A stretch of 64,000 bases of DNA, taken from assembly GCA_965248575.1 (NCBI GenBank), contig CBDFJQ010000002.1, positions 3,232,001 through 3,296,000 of the forward strand. The letters run 5' to 3'. Every line of letters starts with the position of its first letter. Position 1 is the stretch's first letter. A program made the translations under genes and the position numbers. The notes below the pieces were generated by a model. That model was given only the letters and a program-made list of their open reading frames with translations, had not been told where the DNA came from and did no database searches. Below, in pieces: positions 38,626 through 49,013 of this stretch. The stretch is from Planctomycetota bacterium. Its GTDB lineage: Bacteria; Planctomycetota; B15-G4.

Positions 38626-39450
38626 ATGAAGATCTTCGAACCGCACATCCACATGTACTCCCGCAACACCCGCGACTACGCCGAGATGGCGACGGCGGGC
38701 ATCCGCTCCCTGATCGAGCCCGGTGGATTCTGGCTGGGTCGTGCTCGCAAGCACCCCGAGACCTGCATCGAGTACTTCGACCACCTGTTGGAGTTCGAGC
38801 ACACGCGGGCCACCAAGGCGGGCATCAACTACCACTGCACCTTCGCGCTCAACCCGAAGGAGGCCCACACGCCCGCCATTCGCGAGCGGGTCATGGCGGA
38901 GTTGCCCAAGTACTTGGAGCACCCACTCTGCTGCGCCCTCGGTGAGGTGGGCTACGACGTCATCGACAAGATCGAGGAGGAGGTCATCCTCGAGCAGCTC
39001 GAGCTCGCCAAGAAGATGAAGCTGCCGGTGCTCGTGCACACGCCTCACGTGGACAAGCTGGAAGGCACCAAGCGCTTGATCGACAACTGCCGCGACGTGG
39101 GCATGGATCTCGACATGGTGGAGATCGACCACTGCACCGAGGAGGTCATCGGCGCCGTCGTGGAGTCCGGCTACTGGGCGGGCTTCACCATCTACCCCGT
39201 CACCAAGCTGTCGCCCGAGCGCGCCGTGAGCATCTTCAAGCAGTACGGCACGGACCGCATGCTTGTGAACAGCTCTGCGGACTGGGGCCCTTCCGACCCG
39301 CTTTCGGTTCCGAAGCTGGCTTCGTTGATGCAGCAGTCGGGCTTCGCCGAGGACGTCGTGCAGCGTCTGGTCTGGGACAACCCGGTGCGTTTCTTCGGCC
39401 AGGGCGGCAAGCTCACCGAGAAGCCCATCTTCGAGGAGGCAGTCGCCTGA
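38626..39450 (+). CDS. TatD-family metal-dependent hydrolase (EboB-like)
   Basis: EPHIHMYSR, FWLG, LNPKEA, GEVG, VHTPH, IDH, NSSADWGPSDPL. Confidence 0.85.
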   Translation: MKIFEPHIHMYSRNTRDYAEMATAGIRSLIEPGGFWLGRARKHPETCIEYFDHLLEFEHTRATKAGINYHCTFALNPKEAHTPAIRERVMAELPKYLEHPLCCALGEVGYDVIDKIEEEVILEQLELAKKMKLPVLVHTPHVDKLEGTKRLIDNCRDVGMDLDMVEIDHCTEEVIGAVVESGYWAGFTIYPVTKLSPERAVSIFKQYGTDRMLVNSSADWGPSDPLSVPKLASLMQQSGFAEDVVQRLVWDNPVRFFGQGGKLTEKPIFEEAVA

Positions 39451-39464
39451 ACCGGAACCGGCAG

Positions 39465-40238
39465 ATGAACGCCGTGCGGACCTGGTCTTGCGCTGCACTG
39501 GTCGGCTTCCTGGGACTGCTCGCCCCGTCCTGTGCTGCGGACGAGGAAGGCAGCTCAACGCGAGAGGTCGTTCAGCAGGAAACGACCGGGCCGGTCGGCG
39601 AAGGGGATCCCGTGGCGGCAGCGGACATCGCTCCGGAGCCCGAGCAGGGGCCCGAGCCGAGCAGCCCGCTTCCGGCCCTGGACTCCCTCCCTTGGCCCGC
39701 GGACTGTGCCCCCGTCCACAAGGCCATGTTCGCGGGCGGCTGGGACGTGAAGGCGCCGCTTGGGTTCGAGCGTGCGCTCTTCGACGAGGCGGCCATGCTG
39801 GCGATCCCCGAGAACCGTCACGTAGGGCGACGGCCATGGCGCGGTGTCACGTCCGAGGGCGACATCATGCTCATCGACCCGCAAATCAAGGGCCGGGCCG
39901 GCCCGGCCATGGCGTACGTCTGGTGGTTGCTGACCTGGAACGAGATCGTCGGCATCCCGCAGGAAGACCTTCCCGCAGTCCTCCATCTGCGTCACCAAGG
40001 GCGCATCAAGCTCTGGATGGACGGCGAGCTCCTCTTCGATGAGGAACCCAACGCAGACGGCTCGTGGAAGACCCAACGGCGTGCCGTCAAGTTGTCTGGC
40101 CCCGACGATGCGTTCCTCGTGAAGTGCGGTCTCGGAAGCCCTGAACTCGGGCCTTCGGCCAACTTCGAACTGCGGGTCAGCACCCTCGAAGGCACGCCCC
40201 ACCCAGGGCTGATCTGGCAAACCGTCCGGGTCTGGTAA
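39465..40238 (+). CDS. Hypothetical lipoprotein with PA14-like beta-sandwich
   Basis: LAPSC lipobox; IKLWMDGELL...FLVKC pattern. Confidence 0.65.
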   Translation: MNAVRTWSCAALVGFLGLLAPSCAADEEGSSTREVVQQETTGPVGEGDPVAAADIAPEPEQGPEPSSPLPALDSLPWPADCAPVHKAMFAGGWDVKAPLGFERALFDEAAMLAIPENRHVGRRPWRGVTSEGDIMLIDPQIKGRAGPAMAYVWWLLTWNEIVGIPQEDLPAVLHLRHQGRIKLWMDGELLFDEEPNADGSWKTQRRAVKLSGPDDAFLVKCGLGSPELGPSANFELRVSTLEGTPHPGLIWQTVRVW

Positions 40239-40270
40239 GAGCCGCCGCCCCAAGGACAGCGGGCCCCGGT

Positions 40271-41194
40271 TCAGGCTTCCAGAGGGCTCAGCTCTCCGCC
40301 CTGCGCAAGCAGCAAGCGATTGCGACCGATCTCCTTGGCACGGTAGAGGGCTGCATCTGCCCTCGCCACGAAGGACTCCGGGGTGTCGCCCTCTTCCAGC
40401 TCGGCGACGCCGCCGGAGATGGTGATGCTGAGCTGCGCACCATCGTCCAGCACCGGCACGGGAGTGCCGCCCAACTGGAATCGGAAGCGCTCCACGATGC
40501 TGGCGGCCTCGTGGATTTCCGTTTCGGGAAACAACACCAGGAATTCCTCGCCGCCCCAGCGGATGACACAGTCGGAGTCGCGCGAGACAGCACTCAAACG
40601 GGCGGCCACCTCGACAAGCACCTCATCGCCAGCCTGGTGCCCGTGCGTGTCGTTCACCTTCTTGAAGTAGTCGATGTCCAGCAGGCTCACGGCCAGAGCG
40701 CGGTCGTAGCGACGCGAGCGTGACATCTCATCTTCGAGACGTTGCGTGCCGTAACGCCGGTTGAACAGCTGCGTGAGTTCGTCCGTGCGGGATGCGCGGT
40801 CGAGCTGCTCTTGGAGCATGCCCGTCCGTGCGTGACTGCGGACGCGGGCCAGGAATTCGCGGTGGTCACCATCCTTGGCCACGTAGTCGTTGGCGCCAGC
40901 GCTCAGGCTGTTGACGACGTCGTCGCGATTCGTGCTGCCCGTGAGCATGAGCACGGGCAAGAGACCGTTGTGAGGCATCAGTCGCAGTCTGGAGACGAAC
41001 TCCAAGCCGTCGATGCCGGGCATCATGAGGTCGGAGATCACCAGATGCACCCCGTGCTCAGGAGCCAGCCGGTCCAGAGCGGACTGTGCATCGCTGTGCG
41101 ACTCCACCTCGAAGCCTGCCTTGCGCAGAATGGCCTCGTTGGCGAAGCGGATCTGCCGTTGATCATCGACGAGGAGAATGCGAGCCGGTGTCAT
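40271..41194 (-). CDS. Response-regulator diguanylate cyclase (REC-GGDEF)
   Basis: ILLVDD, SDLMMPG, DELTQLFNRR, DIDYFKKVND, RDSD I-site, RWGGEEF. Confidence 0.93.
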   Translation of the reverse strand: MTPARILLVDDQRQIRFANEAILRKAGFEVESHSDAQSALDRLAPEHGVHLVISDLMMPGIDGLEFVSRLRLMPHNGLLPVLMLTGSTNRDDVVNSLSAGANDYVAKDGDHREFLARVRSHARTGMLQEQLDRASRTDELTQLFNRRYGTQRLEDEMSRSRRYDRALAVSLLDIDYFKKVNDTHGHQAGDEVLVEVAARLSAVSRDSDCVIRWGGEEFLVLFPETEIHEAASIVERFRFQLGGTPVPVLDDGAQLSITISGGVAELEEGDTPESFVARADAALYRAKEIGRNRLLLAQGGELSPLEA

Positions 41195-41541
41195 GTCGGG
41201 GAGGGCGTCTCGCTGGACGCATGGGAAGAGGGGTTCTCCAGGACGCGTTCGACGACATCGGCAATCGAGGTGCCGAGCGTCACGACTTCCAGAGCAAAGG
41301 CGCGGACCTCGCTGCAGGATGCCGGTGTTCGTTGCATGCAGACTCGTGCCGAGGCACGCGTCGCACTGCGCGAGGGAGACCCTTTCCGGAAGGCCTCCCC
41401 AGGCAGCGTTCCAAATGGCTGAGCATTCATCGCCCGCTGCTGAGCAATACTGAAGCTGGCCATCGCCAGTCTGCCGCGGGTGAACGCGCCGGCTGACGGA
41501 GCGCCCACGAGCTGTCGATTCTGGGGAGAAGAGAGAAACAT
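41191..41541 (-). CDS. Possible small hypothetical protein
   Basis: 116-aa ORF whose stop overlaps the cyclase ATG (ATGA); no recognisable motif. Confidence 0.3.
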   Translation of the reverse strand: MFLSSPQNRQLVGAPSAGAFTRGRLAMASFSIAQQRAMNAQPFGTLPGEAFRKGSPSRSATRASARVCMQRTPASCSEVRAFALEVVTLGTSIADVVERVLENPSSHASSETPSPT

Positions 41542-41732
41542 GCTCCCTGCTCATCGACACCCAGCTGGACCCCCCTTGAGACTCAACGGAAGGCCGTTCC
41601 GAGGCGTTTCACCAGTGAGCGCACAGCCGTTCCGGAGAATTGGCCTGAGGCGGGAGAGGGCTCACCTGAAGGCGATCCGGAACGCAAATCCGCTGCTCCC
41701 GTGACCCGGAACAAGTTTTTGCTACGAGCCGG

Positions 41733-42209
41733 CTAGCGCCCGGGGAACAGCTGCTCGAAACGGTCCTCGAGTCGGCGCTGGGCGCCCCGCGCTGGAGTGG
41801 CCACGAACACGATGTCGTCGCCAGCGATGGTGCCCACGACCTCTGGCATGGCCATGGAGTCGAGGGCCAAGGCCACCGTCTGAGCGAGCCCAGAGCGGGT
41901 GGCCAGCACCAGCAGGTTCGGGCCCGCGGCCCGCACCCCGCGCACAAAGGGCTCCAATTCGGCCAGGGTTGGGTAAGCCAGGCCCGCCTGGGGCTCGCCC
42001 TCGCCCTCCGAATTGAGGCTGTAGATGCCGTCCGTCTTGCGCGCGCCCAAGAACTGCAGGTCGCGGCTCAAGCTCGATTGCGTGATGTGAAAGCCCTTGG
42101 CCTTCAGGGATTCAACCAGGCTTTGCTGCGTGCTCGGCTTGCGGCGGCGGAGCAGGGATTTGAGCGCCTTTCGACGCGCATCCTGGTTCCCTCGTGTGTT
42201 TCGTGGCAT
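41733..42209 (-). CDS. argR: Arginine repressor
   Basis: TQQSLV..L...GFHITQSSLSRDL, GTIAGDD. Confidence 0.9.
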   Translation of the reverse strand: MPRNTRGNQDARRKALKSLLRRRKPSTQQSLVESLKAKGFHITQSSLSRDLQFLGARKTDGIYSLNSEGEGEPQAGLAYPTLAELEPFVRGVRAAGPNLLVLATRSGLAQTVALALDSMAMPEVVGTIAGDDIVFVATPARGAQRRLEDRFEQLFPGR

Positions 42210-42228
42210 CAGCGCTTCTCCCCTTTCG

Positions 42229-42681
42229 TCAGGCCCCGCCCGAGGCCTTGCCCGAGGCCGTCGGTGCCAAGGCGGCCGTCGCCTCGATCTCGATCTGTGC
42301 CCCCGGTTCCAGCAGCCCCGCCACCTGCAGCAAGCTCATGGTTGGATAGTGCCGACCCAACACCCGCCTGTAGGCAGCACCTACATCCTTGATGCGGTCC
42401 ACATACATCTGGGTGTCGACGCAGAACATGGTCAACCGCACGATGTCCTCGGCGACGCCTCCGGCTGCGACCACCACCGCGAGACAGTTGTTCAGCGCCT
42501 GCTCGAACTGATCGACGAAATCGTCGGAATCGATGCGCTCCTCGGCGTTCCAGCCGATCTGTCCTGCCACGAAAAGGAGGTCGCGCCCTGCGGGTACCCG
42601 CCATCCATTGGCGTAGCCCTTGGGGCGGGGCCAGGCCTCAGGTTGCACGGGAATCAGGGGGCGAGCGTCGGGGTCGCTCAT
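42229..42681 (-). CDS. RidA/YjgF family protein
   Basis: PKGYANG, LFVAGQIG, YPTMSLLQV, IEIEATA; start may be 42693. Confidence 0.88.
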   Translation of the reverse strand: MSDPDARPLIPVQPEAWPRPKGYANGWRVPAGRDLLFVAGQIGWNAEERIDSDDFVDQFEQALNNCLAVVVAAGGVAEDIVRLTMFCVDTQMYVDRIKDVGAAYRRVLGRHYPTMSLLQVAGLLEPGAQIEIEATAALAPTASGKASGGA

Positions 42682-42779
42682 GGGCAAAGTCATAACTCAA
42701 TGCGCATAAAACGACAAGGAGGTTCAAGAGAGCAGGGCCCTCACCGAGGGCAGGAGCTGCAACCCACCATCAACCCAGC

Positions 42780-44636
42780 TCAGTCGATACGAGCACCCAG
42801 ACCGATACCGAAGGCCGTGTAGAGGCCGGTGGTGGGATCCGCATCCACGGCAACCGTCCACGTCTCGGTGTCGGAGGCCAGCAGGTTCTGGACCGCCGAC
42901 TGCACCGCATCGATTTCGCTCACGAACTGATCCACCAAGGTGAACGCCATGGGGAAGCGAACCAGCTTCGGGTTGTCGACACTGCCACCGATCACGTTGC
43001 CGGCTGTGGCCACCAAGGCCACCTGCAGGTCTCCGGTCTCACTCCCTGTTGAGCTCACCGGAGGGGTCGGCGCATCCAGGCTCTCGGTCACATCCGTGGG
43101 AAAGACCTGCCAGTCGTCCGCCGGATCGAACGACCAGTAGAAGGTGTCGGCGCCCACGCCGAACAAGTCCACGTCGAGCAAGCGACGGAACTCCAAGCTG
43201 TAGATCCGGTCGGTGGTCCCCACTCCCAACTCGATATTGCCAGCCACCACGCTCTGGCTCAGCTGGACCTTGTAGTCCAAGCCCACACTCACCCCGCGCC
43301 GCGGGTCCTTCTGGTAGGGCAAGGTCGTCATGCTCTGGGATTGGCCGCGACGGTTGTCGCCGAACCAGCCGAGCGAGAACAACGAACGTTCGACGGGTGC
43401 GTTGAAGGCGGGGGGCACGAGATAGTCGCCGGTGCCCCCGTACACATGGCTCAGGCCACCCGGCAGGTTGGCGTCGTACTCGAGCCCCCAACCGTCGCCG
43501 ATGACACCTTCACGCAGGACATCCAGGCCGCCCTTGCGCTTGAAGCCCACGAAGTCCTCGACGAAGGTCCCGTCTTCGGAGACGCCCACGATCATGTCCA
43601 GGAAGTTGGAGAGGTAGGCCGCCTCTTCGAGCTCCAGGGACAGGGTGTATGGGCCCGTCTGCATGCCCTCGTTTCCGGAGAAATCCAGGTCCGGGTCGGG
43701 CGCGCCTTCCACGGCCACCGCATGCAATCCGGTGTCCTCCACCGGCACGACGAAAGCCGAGTAGGTGCCCTCACCCGAGTCGTCGTCAAAGGCAAGCAGC
43801 TCCCCGTTCATGCCGTTGAAGAGCCCCATGAAGGTGTCGGGGGCCAGGGAGGTGACTCCTTCGGGAAGCTTCAGCTCAGCGTGCAGAAGCGAGAGCTTGG
43901 GCGCCTGGAAGCTGAAGTAGTCCACATCGCCCGGCGTCAGCAGCCCGGTCACTTCGGTCGGCATGCCAGTCACCAAATGCGGCGACTTCAGGATCACGGG
44001 CGTCGCGGAAGGGATGTCGTTGCCGTGGTCGTCACCGGTTCCGACGGCCGGAGCAGTGCCGCTCTTCTGACTGCGCCCGGAGTTCGAAGTCCTCGAACTG
44101 GAAGAATCCTCGTCCTCATCGTTGGTCTCGGAGGCCCCGCCAGAACTGCGGGGCGTACGCGCACCCAATCCGCGTCGCATGCGGATCCCGCTCTCCACGA
44201 AATCCAGAGCCAGGGGCGGCACACCGTAGACACCTTGCCCGGAGAGGCCCGTGACCTCGGTGAGCACTTCGTAGTCCAGGCTGCGGGGGTTCTTCCGGAC
44301 CTGGTAGGCGCCGTGCAGGCTGGGAGGATCGAAGCTGAGCATGGTGAGCACCAGGTCACCCACCTCCAGCGGAGGGCGCCCCACAATCTGCAACTCAAAG
44401 CGCTCCTGGGGCTCCCGCCCCGCCAGCACCCGCTCGCGCTCGAACTGGAGCAGGGTGACGCCGCTCGCTCGCACCGTCTGCATGGCCGTGATTCGGGCCA
44501 GCAGAACGGAATCCGCAGCGTCCACTTCGTCGGCGGTGGTCTGGGGGGCAAAAAGACTCAGCACCCCCATCGGCAGAGCGAGGCAAAGGATGAGCGCGAG
44601 AGCGCCCAGAGAGACCTCGTCACGACGGATGTTCAC
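42780..44636 (-). CDS. Secreted multidomain protein with PPC-like domain
   Basis: Signal peptide; GDDHGN, GDVDYFSF, DTFMGLF, DDDSGEG PPC-type motifs. Confidence 0.7.
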   Translation of the reverse strand: MNIRRDEVSLGALALILCLALPMGVLSLFAPQTTADEVDAADSVLLARITAMQTVRASGVTLLQFERERVLAGREPQERFELQIVGRPPLEVGDLVLTMLSFDPPSLHGAYQVRKNPRSLDYEVLTEVTGLSGQGVYGVPPLALDFVESGIRMRRGLGARTPRSSGGASETNDEDEDSSSSRTSNSGRSQKSGTAPAVGTGDDHGNDIPSATPVILKSPHLVTGMPTEVTGLLTPGDVDYFSFQAPKLSLLHAELKLPEGVTSLAPDTFMGLFNGMNGELLAFDDDSGEGTYSAFVVPVEDTGLHAVAVEGAPDPDLDFSGNEGMQTGPYTLSLELEEAAYLSNFLDMIVGVSEDGTFVEDFVGFKRKGGLDVLREGVIGDGWGLEYDANLPGGLSHVYGGTGDYLVPPAFNAPVERSLFSLGWFGDNRRGQSQSMTTLPYQKDPRRGVSVGLDYKVQLSQSVVAGNIELGVGTTDRIYSLEFRRLLDVDLFGVGADTFYWSFDPADDWQVFPTDVTESLDAPTPPVSSTGSETGDLQVALVATAGNVIGGSVDNPKLVRFPMAFTLVDQFVSEIDAVQSAVQNLLASDTETWTVAVDADPTTGLYTAFGIGLGARID

Positions 44637-44829
44637 GGCCTTGGATCCTTGATGCGAGTTCGGGGTGCGCCGAGTTCGGGCTGGCCGCCGTCGATCGGTG
44701 AAGGTCGGGCGGCTAGAGTCGGCCACGCGTATCACCGAACGGGTTCACTGCGGGCAGGAACGGCTCAACGCGAAGAGCCCAGCGTAGTCGAGAGCCAGGG
44801 GATCGTCTAGAAAACGAGTTGTCGACAAC

Positions 44830-46623
44830 GTGAGCAGCCAAATCACCCCAACAGACGACGTAGAGAACCCGCCGGGACAGTCCCTGCTGGGCCTTCTGAT
44901 CGTGGCGGGCGTGCTGCTGATTGCCCTCATCCCCGACGCTCCCATCGTGCGCCCCAAGGTCACATGGGCTCGCGCCGCCGTGTTGAGCGCAGCGGCCATC
45001 GCGCTGCTGTTCCAAGCCCTCCATGGGCGACTCCGGTTCTCATGGCCGACCTGGCTCGCCTTCGCCGTCGTCCCCGCACTTCTGGCAGCGCTGCATCCCC
45101 TGCACACGGCCGTCGCCAGCGAGTCCCTGGCCTCCGATGAGATCCAACGCCTGGCCCTCATCCCCCTGAGTACCTGGGCCGCCTCCTACGCGCTTCACAG
45201 CAGCTTGTGGCGGCGACGTTTCGTGCTGGGACTCGCTGTCGCGGGCCTCATCGTCGGCGGCCACGCCATGCTCCAACGCCTGGGCGGGATGTTCCCCGGA
45301 GAGCTGCTCAACACGCTGCACATCTACCCCTCCTCTCGGGCTCTCGCGGGCTTCGGCAACCCGGTCTTTCTCGGTGCATGGTTGGTTCTGGTGACACCCG
45401 TCCTGATCGCGGAAGCACTGACGTCACCGAGAGCCAGCCGCTGGCTCGCGAGCCTGGCTGCCGGCCTATGCCTCCCCGCCCTCCTGGCCACGAGCAGCGT
45501 GGGCAGTCGCTTTGGCATGGGGCTCGCCCTCTTGACGGCCCTGTGGTTGTTGTTGCCCACCCGTCGCAGCCGCATCTGGATGGCAGCCCTCGTGATCGGT
45601 TCCGGCGCCGCGATCGTGCTGATCGACCCGGGCGCCATCTTCAGGGAACGCGTGCACACCCTCATCTGGCGGGATAGCTGGGAGCTCTTCCAGTCGCACC
45701 CGGGCGGGGTCGGCCCGGGACAGTTCCCGGTGGCCTTCCTGCCCTTCGCATCCGACGAGCTCCTGGCGGCACACCCCATGGGCTCGGTGATCATCAACGA
45801 CGCGCACAACGAACCGCTGCAGGTGCTCGTGGAGTTGGGTTGGCCCGCCTTGCTCTCCGTGCTCCTGGCGGCGGGCTACGGATGGGCCTTCGTCCGCGAA
45901 CGACTTGCCGAACCCTGGGCGAGCATGCACGAGAAGACCCTCTTCGTCGCGGCAGTGGCAGGCATCGGCGGCATGCTCGGCCAGTCGCTGGTCTCCCCCG
46001 ACCTGCGCTTCCATGTGAGCGTCATCATGCTCGGCATCATGCTCGGCTTCCTGACGACCCAGAGCCCCCAGCTCGTACTCTCCCTGCGGGGCGGACGCCT
46101 TGGCCGCGGCTTGCTCAGCATCCTGGCCTTGGGTTGCCTCGCGCTCGTGGTGCACGACACGTGGAACCGCAGCCAGCTTGGTGAGCTGCTTCAACCCGGC
46201 TCTGCTGACGAACTGCTGCCGCTCGACATGGAGGCGCTCGAGGAGCTGCGTGCGGCCACGCAAGCGGCTCCGGAGGACCCAAACACCTGGTACCAATTGG
46301 GTGCGAGCTTCTACGAATCCAAGCGCTTCGCGGATGCCGCAGAGGCCTTCCGGCGCACCCTCGAACTGACACCCGACAACGTGCCATTGATCCGCATTCT
46401 CGGCGTCTGCGAGACGGCAACGGGCCAATACGAGGCGGCCGTGAAACACCTTCGACGAAGCCTGGCCGAGAACCCGGACGAGCTGGAGATCCGCTACTAC
46501 CTGGCCTTCGCATCCTTCGGGCGCGGTGACCTGCGCACAGCCCTGATGGAAACAGAACTCGTCCTGCGAGCAGATCCCGAGCATGTGGAAGCCCGGGCCC
46601 TGCTGGAACAACTCCGGGAATGA
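44830..46623 (+). CDS. O-antigen ligase family protein with C-terminal TPRs
   Basis: FGNPVFLG, R..IW, GVGPGQF, DAHNEPLQ; TPR tail. Confidence 0.85.
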   Translation: MSSQITPTDDVENPPGQSLLGLLIVAGVLLIALIPDAPIVRPKVTWARAAVLSAAAIALLFQALHGRLRFSWPTWLAFAVVPALLAALHPLHTAVASESLASDEIQRLALIPLSTWAASYALHSSLWRRRFVLGLAVAGLIVGGHAMLQRLGGMFPGELLNTLHIYPSSRALAGFGNPVFLGAWLVLVTPVLIAEALTSPRASRWLASLAAGLCLPALLATSSVGSRFGMGLALLTALWLLLPTRRSRIWMAALVIGSGAAIVLIDPGAIFRERVHTLIWRDSWELFQSHPGGVGPGQFPVAFLPFASDELLAAHPMGSVIINDAHNEPLQVLVELGWPALLSVLLAAGYGWAFVRERLAEPWASMHEKTLFVAAVAGIGGMLGQSLVSPDLRFHVSVIMLGIMLGFLTTQSPQLVLSLRGGRLGRGLLSILALGCLALVVHDTWNRSQLGELLQPGSADELLPLDMEALEELRAATQAAPEDPNTWYQLGASFYESKRFADAAEAFRRTLELTPDNVPLIRILGVCETATGQYEAAVKHLRRSLAENPDELEIRYYLAFASFGRGDLRTALMETELVLRADPEHVEARALLEQLRE

Positions 46624-47303
46624 GGCCCACCGTCGTCTGCCTCGACGCAGGCAACACGCTCTTCAAGGAACGGCTCGGACGCCCGGCCCTCTACGCGGAG
46701 TGTTTCCAGGCTGCAGGTGTCCAGGTTTCTGAAGCCTCCCTACGAGACTGGATGCCCACGGTGCACGACACACTCCCCGCCCTGGTGGAGGGCGAGGCTC
46801 GCTATTCGCGACCGTGGTTCAGGGCTTTCGTGCGCGAACTGCTGCTGCGCGCGGGCGACGAACGCGAACCCGAACCCCTGCGCGCCGAACTCGAAAAGGT
46901 ATTTACACGCCCCGAGACCTATGTGGTCTTCGCCGACACCTTCCCCGCCTTGGACAGCCTGGTCGAGGCTGGGTTCAGGCTCGCCGTGGTCAGCAACTGG
47001 AGCGACCGGCTCGAAGATGTCTTGAGCAGCCTGGGGCTGGCCCGCTACTTCGAAGCCATCGCCATCTCTGCCGTCGTAGGGGCCGACAAACCCGACCCCC
47101 GCCTCTTCCGACATGCCTTGCAGCAGCTCGGTGTCGAGCCCCGCGAGGCCGTTCACGTGGGCGATCATCCGAGGAACGACCAGGTGGGCGCCCGCCGCGC
47201 GGGGATGACCGGCTGGCTCATCGATCGCAGCGCGCAAGGGGTGGCGAGCAGCGATGTCCTCGTCTCATTGGAAGAACTCGCCGGGCGACTCGCCGCACTC
47301 TGA
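46620..47303 (+). CDS. HAD-IA family hydrolase
   Basis: LDAGNTL, VVSNW, KPDPRLF, HVGD...DQVGA. Confidence 0.9.
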   Translation: MRPTVVCLDAGNTLFKERLGRPALYAECFQAAGVQVSEASLRDWMPTVHDTLPALVEGEARYSRPWFRAFVRELLLRAGDEREPEPLRAELEKVFTRPETYVVFADTFPALDSLVEAGFRLAVVSNWSDRLEDVLSSLGLARYFEAIAISAVVGADKPDPRLFRHALQQLGVEPREAVHVGDHPRNDQVGARRAGMTGWLIDRSAQGVASSDVLVSLEELAGRLAAL

Positions 47304-47423
47304 ACGGCGGAGCGGCCGCAAACGGCACGAGGCCCGCGCCCCCCGTCCGTGAGGAAGAGGAACGCGGACCCCGAGTTCACCGTTGTCCGATCGATCGACC
47401 CGCTAGAAGGCGGGAGTACAGCC

Positions 47424-49013
47424 TCAGGGCGTGGTGACCCGCAGACCGTTGGTTGCGGAGTAGCCCTGGGGAGCGCCGACGTCCTGGATCCAAGCCTGGA
47501 ACGCCAGGTCGACGTACGACGGCAGCCCTGAGCCGGGGACGGTCGCGGTGAAGTCCACCAAGTTGGCCAAGCCCGTGTTCGGCGCACCCAGGATGCGCAA
47601 GATCGCGAGGGGATCGATGACCAGCACGCCGCCGTAGAAGACGTTCAGCTGGATGTTCGAACCCACCACCAGGTAGGCGAAGTTGTTGTCAGGCACGTTC
47701 GTGACCCGCAGCTTCAGGTCGGTGCCAGCCAGGCAGTTGCCCTGCCCGAGCATGACGGGGAGAGCCATGCTGCCCTTGAGGGGGTGACCGAGGTCAGCCC
47801 ACTGACCGCCGTGGTTGCTGTACTGCATGTTGACGGCGCCGTAGTTCGCGAGAATCAAGTCGTCGAAGGTGTCGCCGTTCATGTCGCCGCTGGCCACGTC
47901 GTAGGTGTCGATGACGTTGTCTGAGAGCGGGCCGAAGGACTGCCTGACGAAGTTTCCGCCACCGATGTTCACGAACAGCTCGCTCGTGATGTTCGGCGAA
48001 CGGTTGGCAAGGATCGCGTCCATGTCGCCATCCTTGTCGAAGTCGCCCCAGACGGAACCGATGGTGCGGCCACGGTCCATGGTCAAGGCGCTCAGCTTGC
48101 GAGCGCTGAAGACGCCCGAGCCGTCGTTGAGGAACAGGTGGTTCGTCTGCGCCGTGCCGTTGCCGACGAAGAGGTCGAGGTCGCCGTCAGCGTCAGCGTC
48201 GGCGAAAGAGCAGGCCAGGGTGTTCTGGATGTCCACGGACTGCAGACCCAGCGCCGACTTGGTGAAAGTGCCTGAGCCATCGTTGAGGTAGAGCCAGTTC
48301 GCAGCGCCCACACCGCCCACCACACCGCTGTGATTCGCGACGTGGATATCGAGATCTTCGTCCCCGTCGACGTCGCCGATGGCGAGGCCGTAGGAGGATT
48401 CGATGTCGGTCGCGGCGTCACCGCTCAGGTGGCGGGCGAAGGTGCCCTCAGTGCCGCCCTGGGTGCCGCCCTGGTTGATGTAGAGGAAGTTGGCCTGGTC
48501 GTTGAAGTTCGTCACGTAGAGATCGAGGTCGTCATCACCATCGAAGTCTGCGAACTCAGCTTGGCGGGAGTTGCCCACATCCGTGACCACCGCGCCGACC
48601 ACCACCTTCGAGAAGGAAGGGGGGTTGGTGCCGAGGTTCAGATAGAGGTCGTTGGTCTGGCCAATGGAGTTGGCGATGAACACGTCGAGGTCGCCATCGC
48701 CGTCGATGTCACCCACGGCGATGCCACGCGAGTTGCTGATGTCGGTGGTCAGGGGCGCGGCCGGGTGCCCGCTCATGGAACCGCTGCCGTCGTTGACGTA
48801 GAGGAGGTTCTCCTGGTCCAGGTTGGCAACGAGGGTGTCGAGATCCCCATCGCCATCAAAGTCGGCCAGGACGATGTCGCGGCTCAGGTGGGCGTCGCTC
48901 CCGATGGAACCTGCGGGAAGGTCGCCCCAGAGCAGATCGTGCGGGTGGATCTGAGCTGCGAGAGAGGGGCCGGCCGCCAGGGCCATGCCGAGCACAATCG
49001 TCTTCTTCAACAC
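47424..49013 (-). CDS. Secreted FG-GAP/VCBS beta-propeller protein with conserved C-terminal domain
   Basis: About seven DxDGDGDLD repeats; C-terminal FQAWIQD..APQG..ATNGL. Confidence 0.88.
   Translation of the reverse strand: MLKKTIVLGMALAAGPSLAAQIHPHDLLWGDLPAGSIGSDAHLSRDIVLADFDGDGDLDTLVANLDQENLLYVNDGSGSMSGHPAAPLTTDISNSRGIAVGDIDGDGDLDVFIANSIGQTNDLYLNLGTNPPSFSKVVVGAVVTDVGNSRQAEFADFDGDDDLDLYVTNFNDQANFLYINQGGTQGGTEGTFARHLSGDAATDIESSYGLAIGDVDGDEDLDIHVANHSGVVGGVGAANWLYLNDGSGTFTKSALGLQSVDIQNTLACSFADADADGDLDLFVGNGTAQTNHLFLNDGSGVFSARKLSALTMDRGRTIGSVWGDFDKDGDMDAILANRSPNITSELFVNIGGGNFVRQSFGPLSDNVIDTYDVASGDMNGDTFDDLILANYGAVNMQYSNHGGQWADLGHPLKGSMALPVMLGQGNCLAGTDLKLRVTNVPDNNFAYLVVGSNIQLNVFYGGVLVIDPLAILRILGAPNTGLANLVDFTATVPGSGLPSYVDLAFQAWIQDVGAPQGYSATNGLRVTTP

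Noticed and set aside
41195..41560. Cys-rich N-terminal extension of the diguanylate cyclase
   Set aside because: Composition looks non-coding; the REC domain starts cleanly at ATG 41194
42688..42715. ARG box upstream of ridA-argR
   Set aside because: Half-sites resemble GCAT/ATG but the spacing is 6 rather than 4 nt; cannot support
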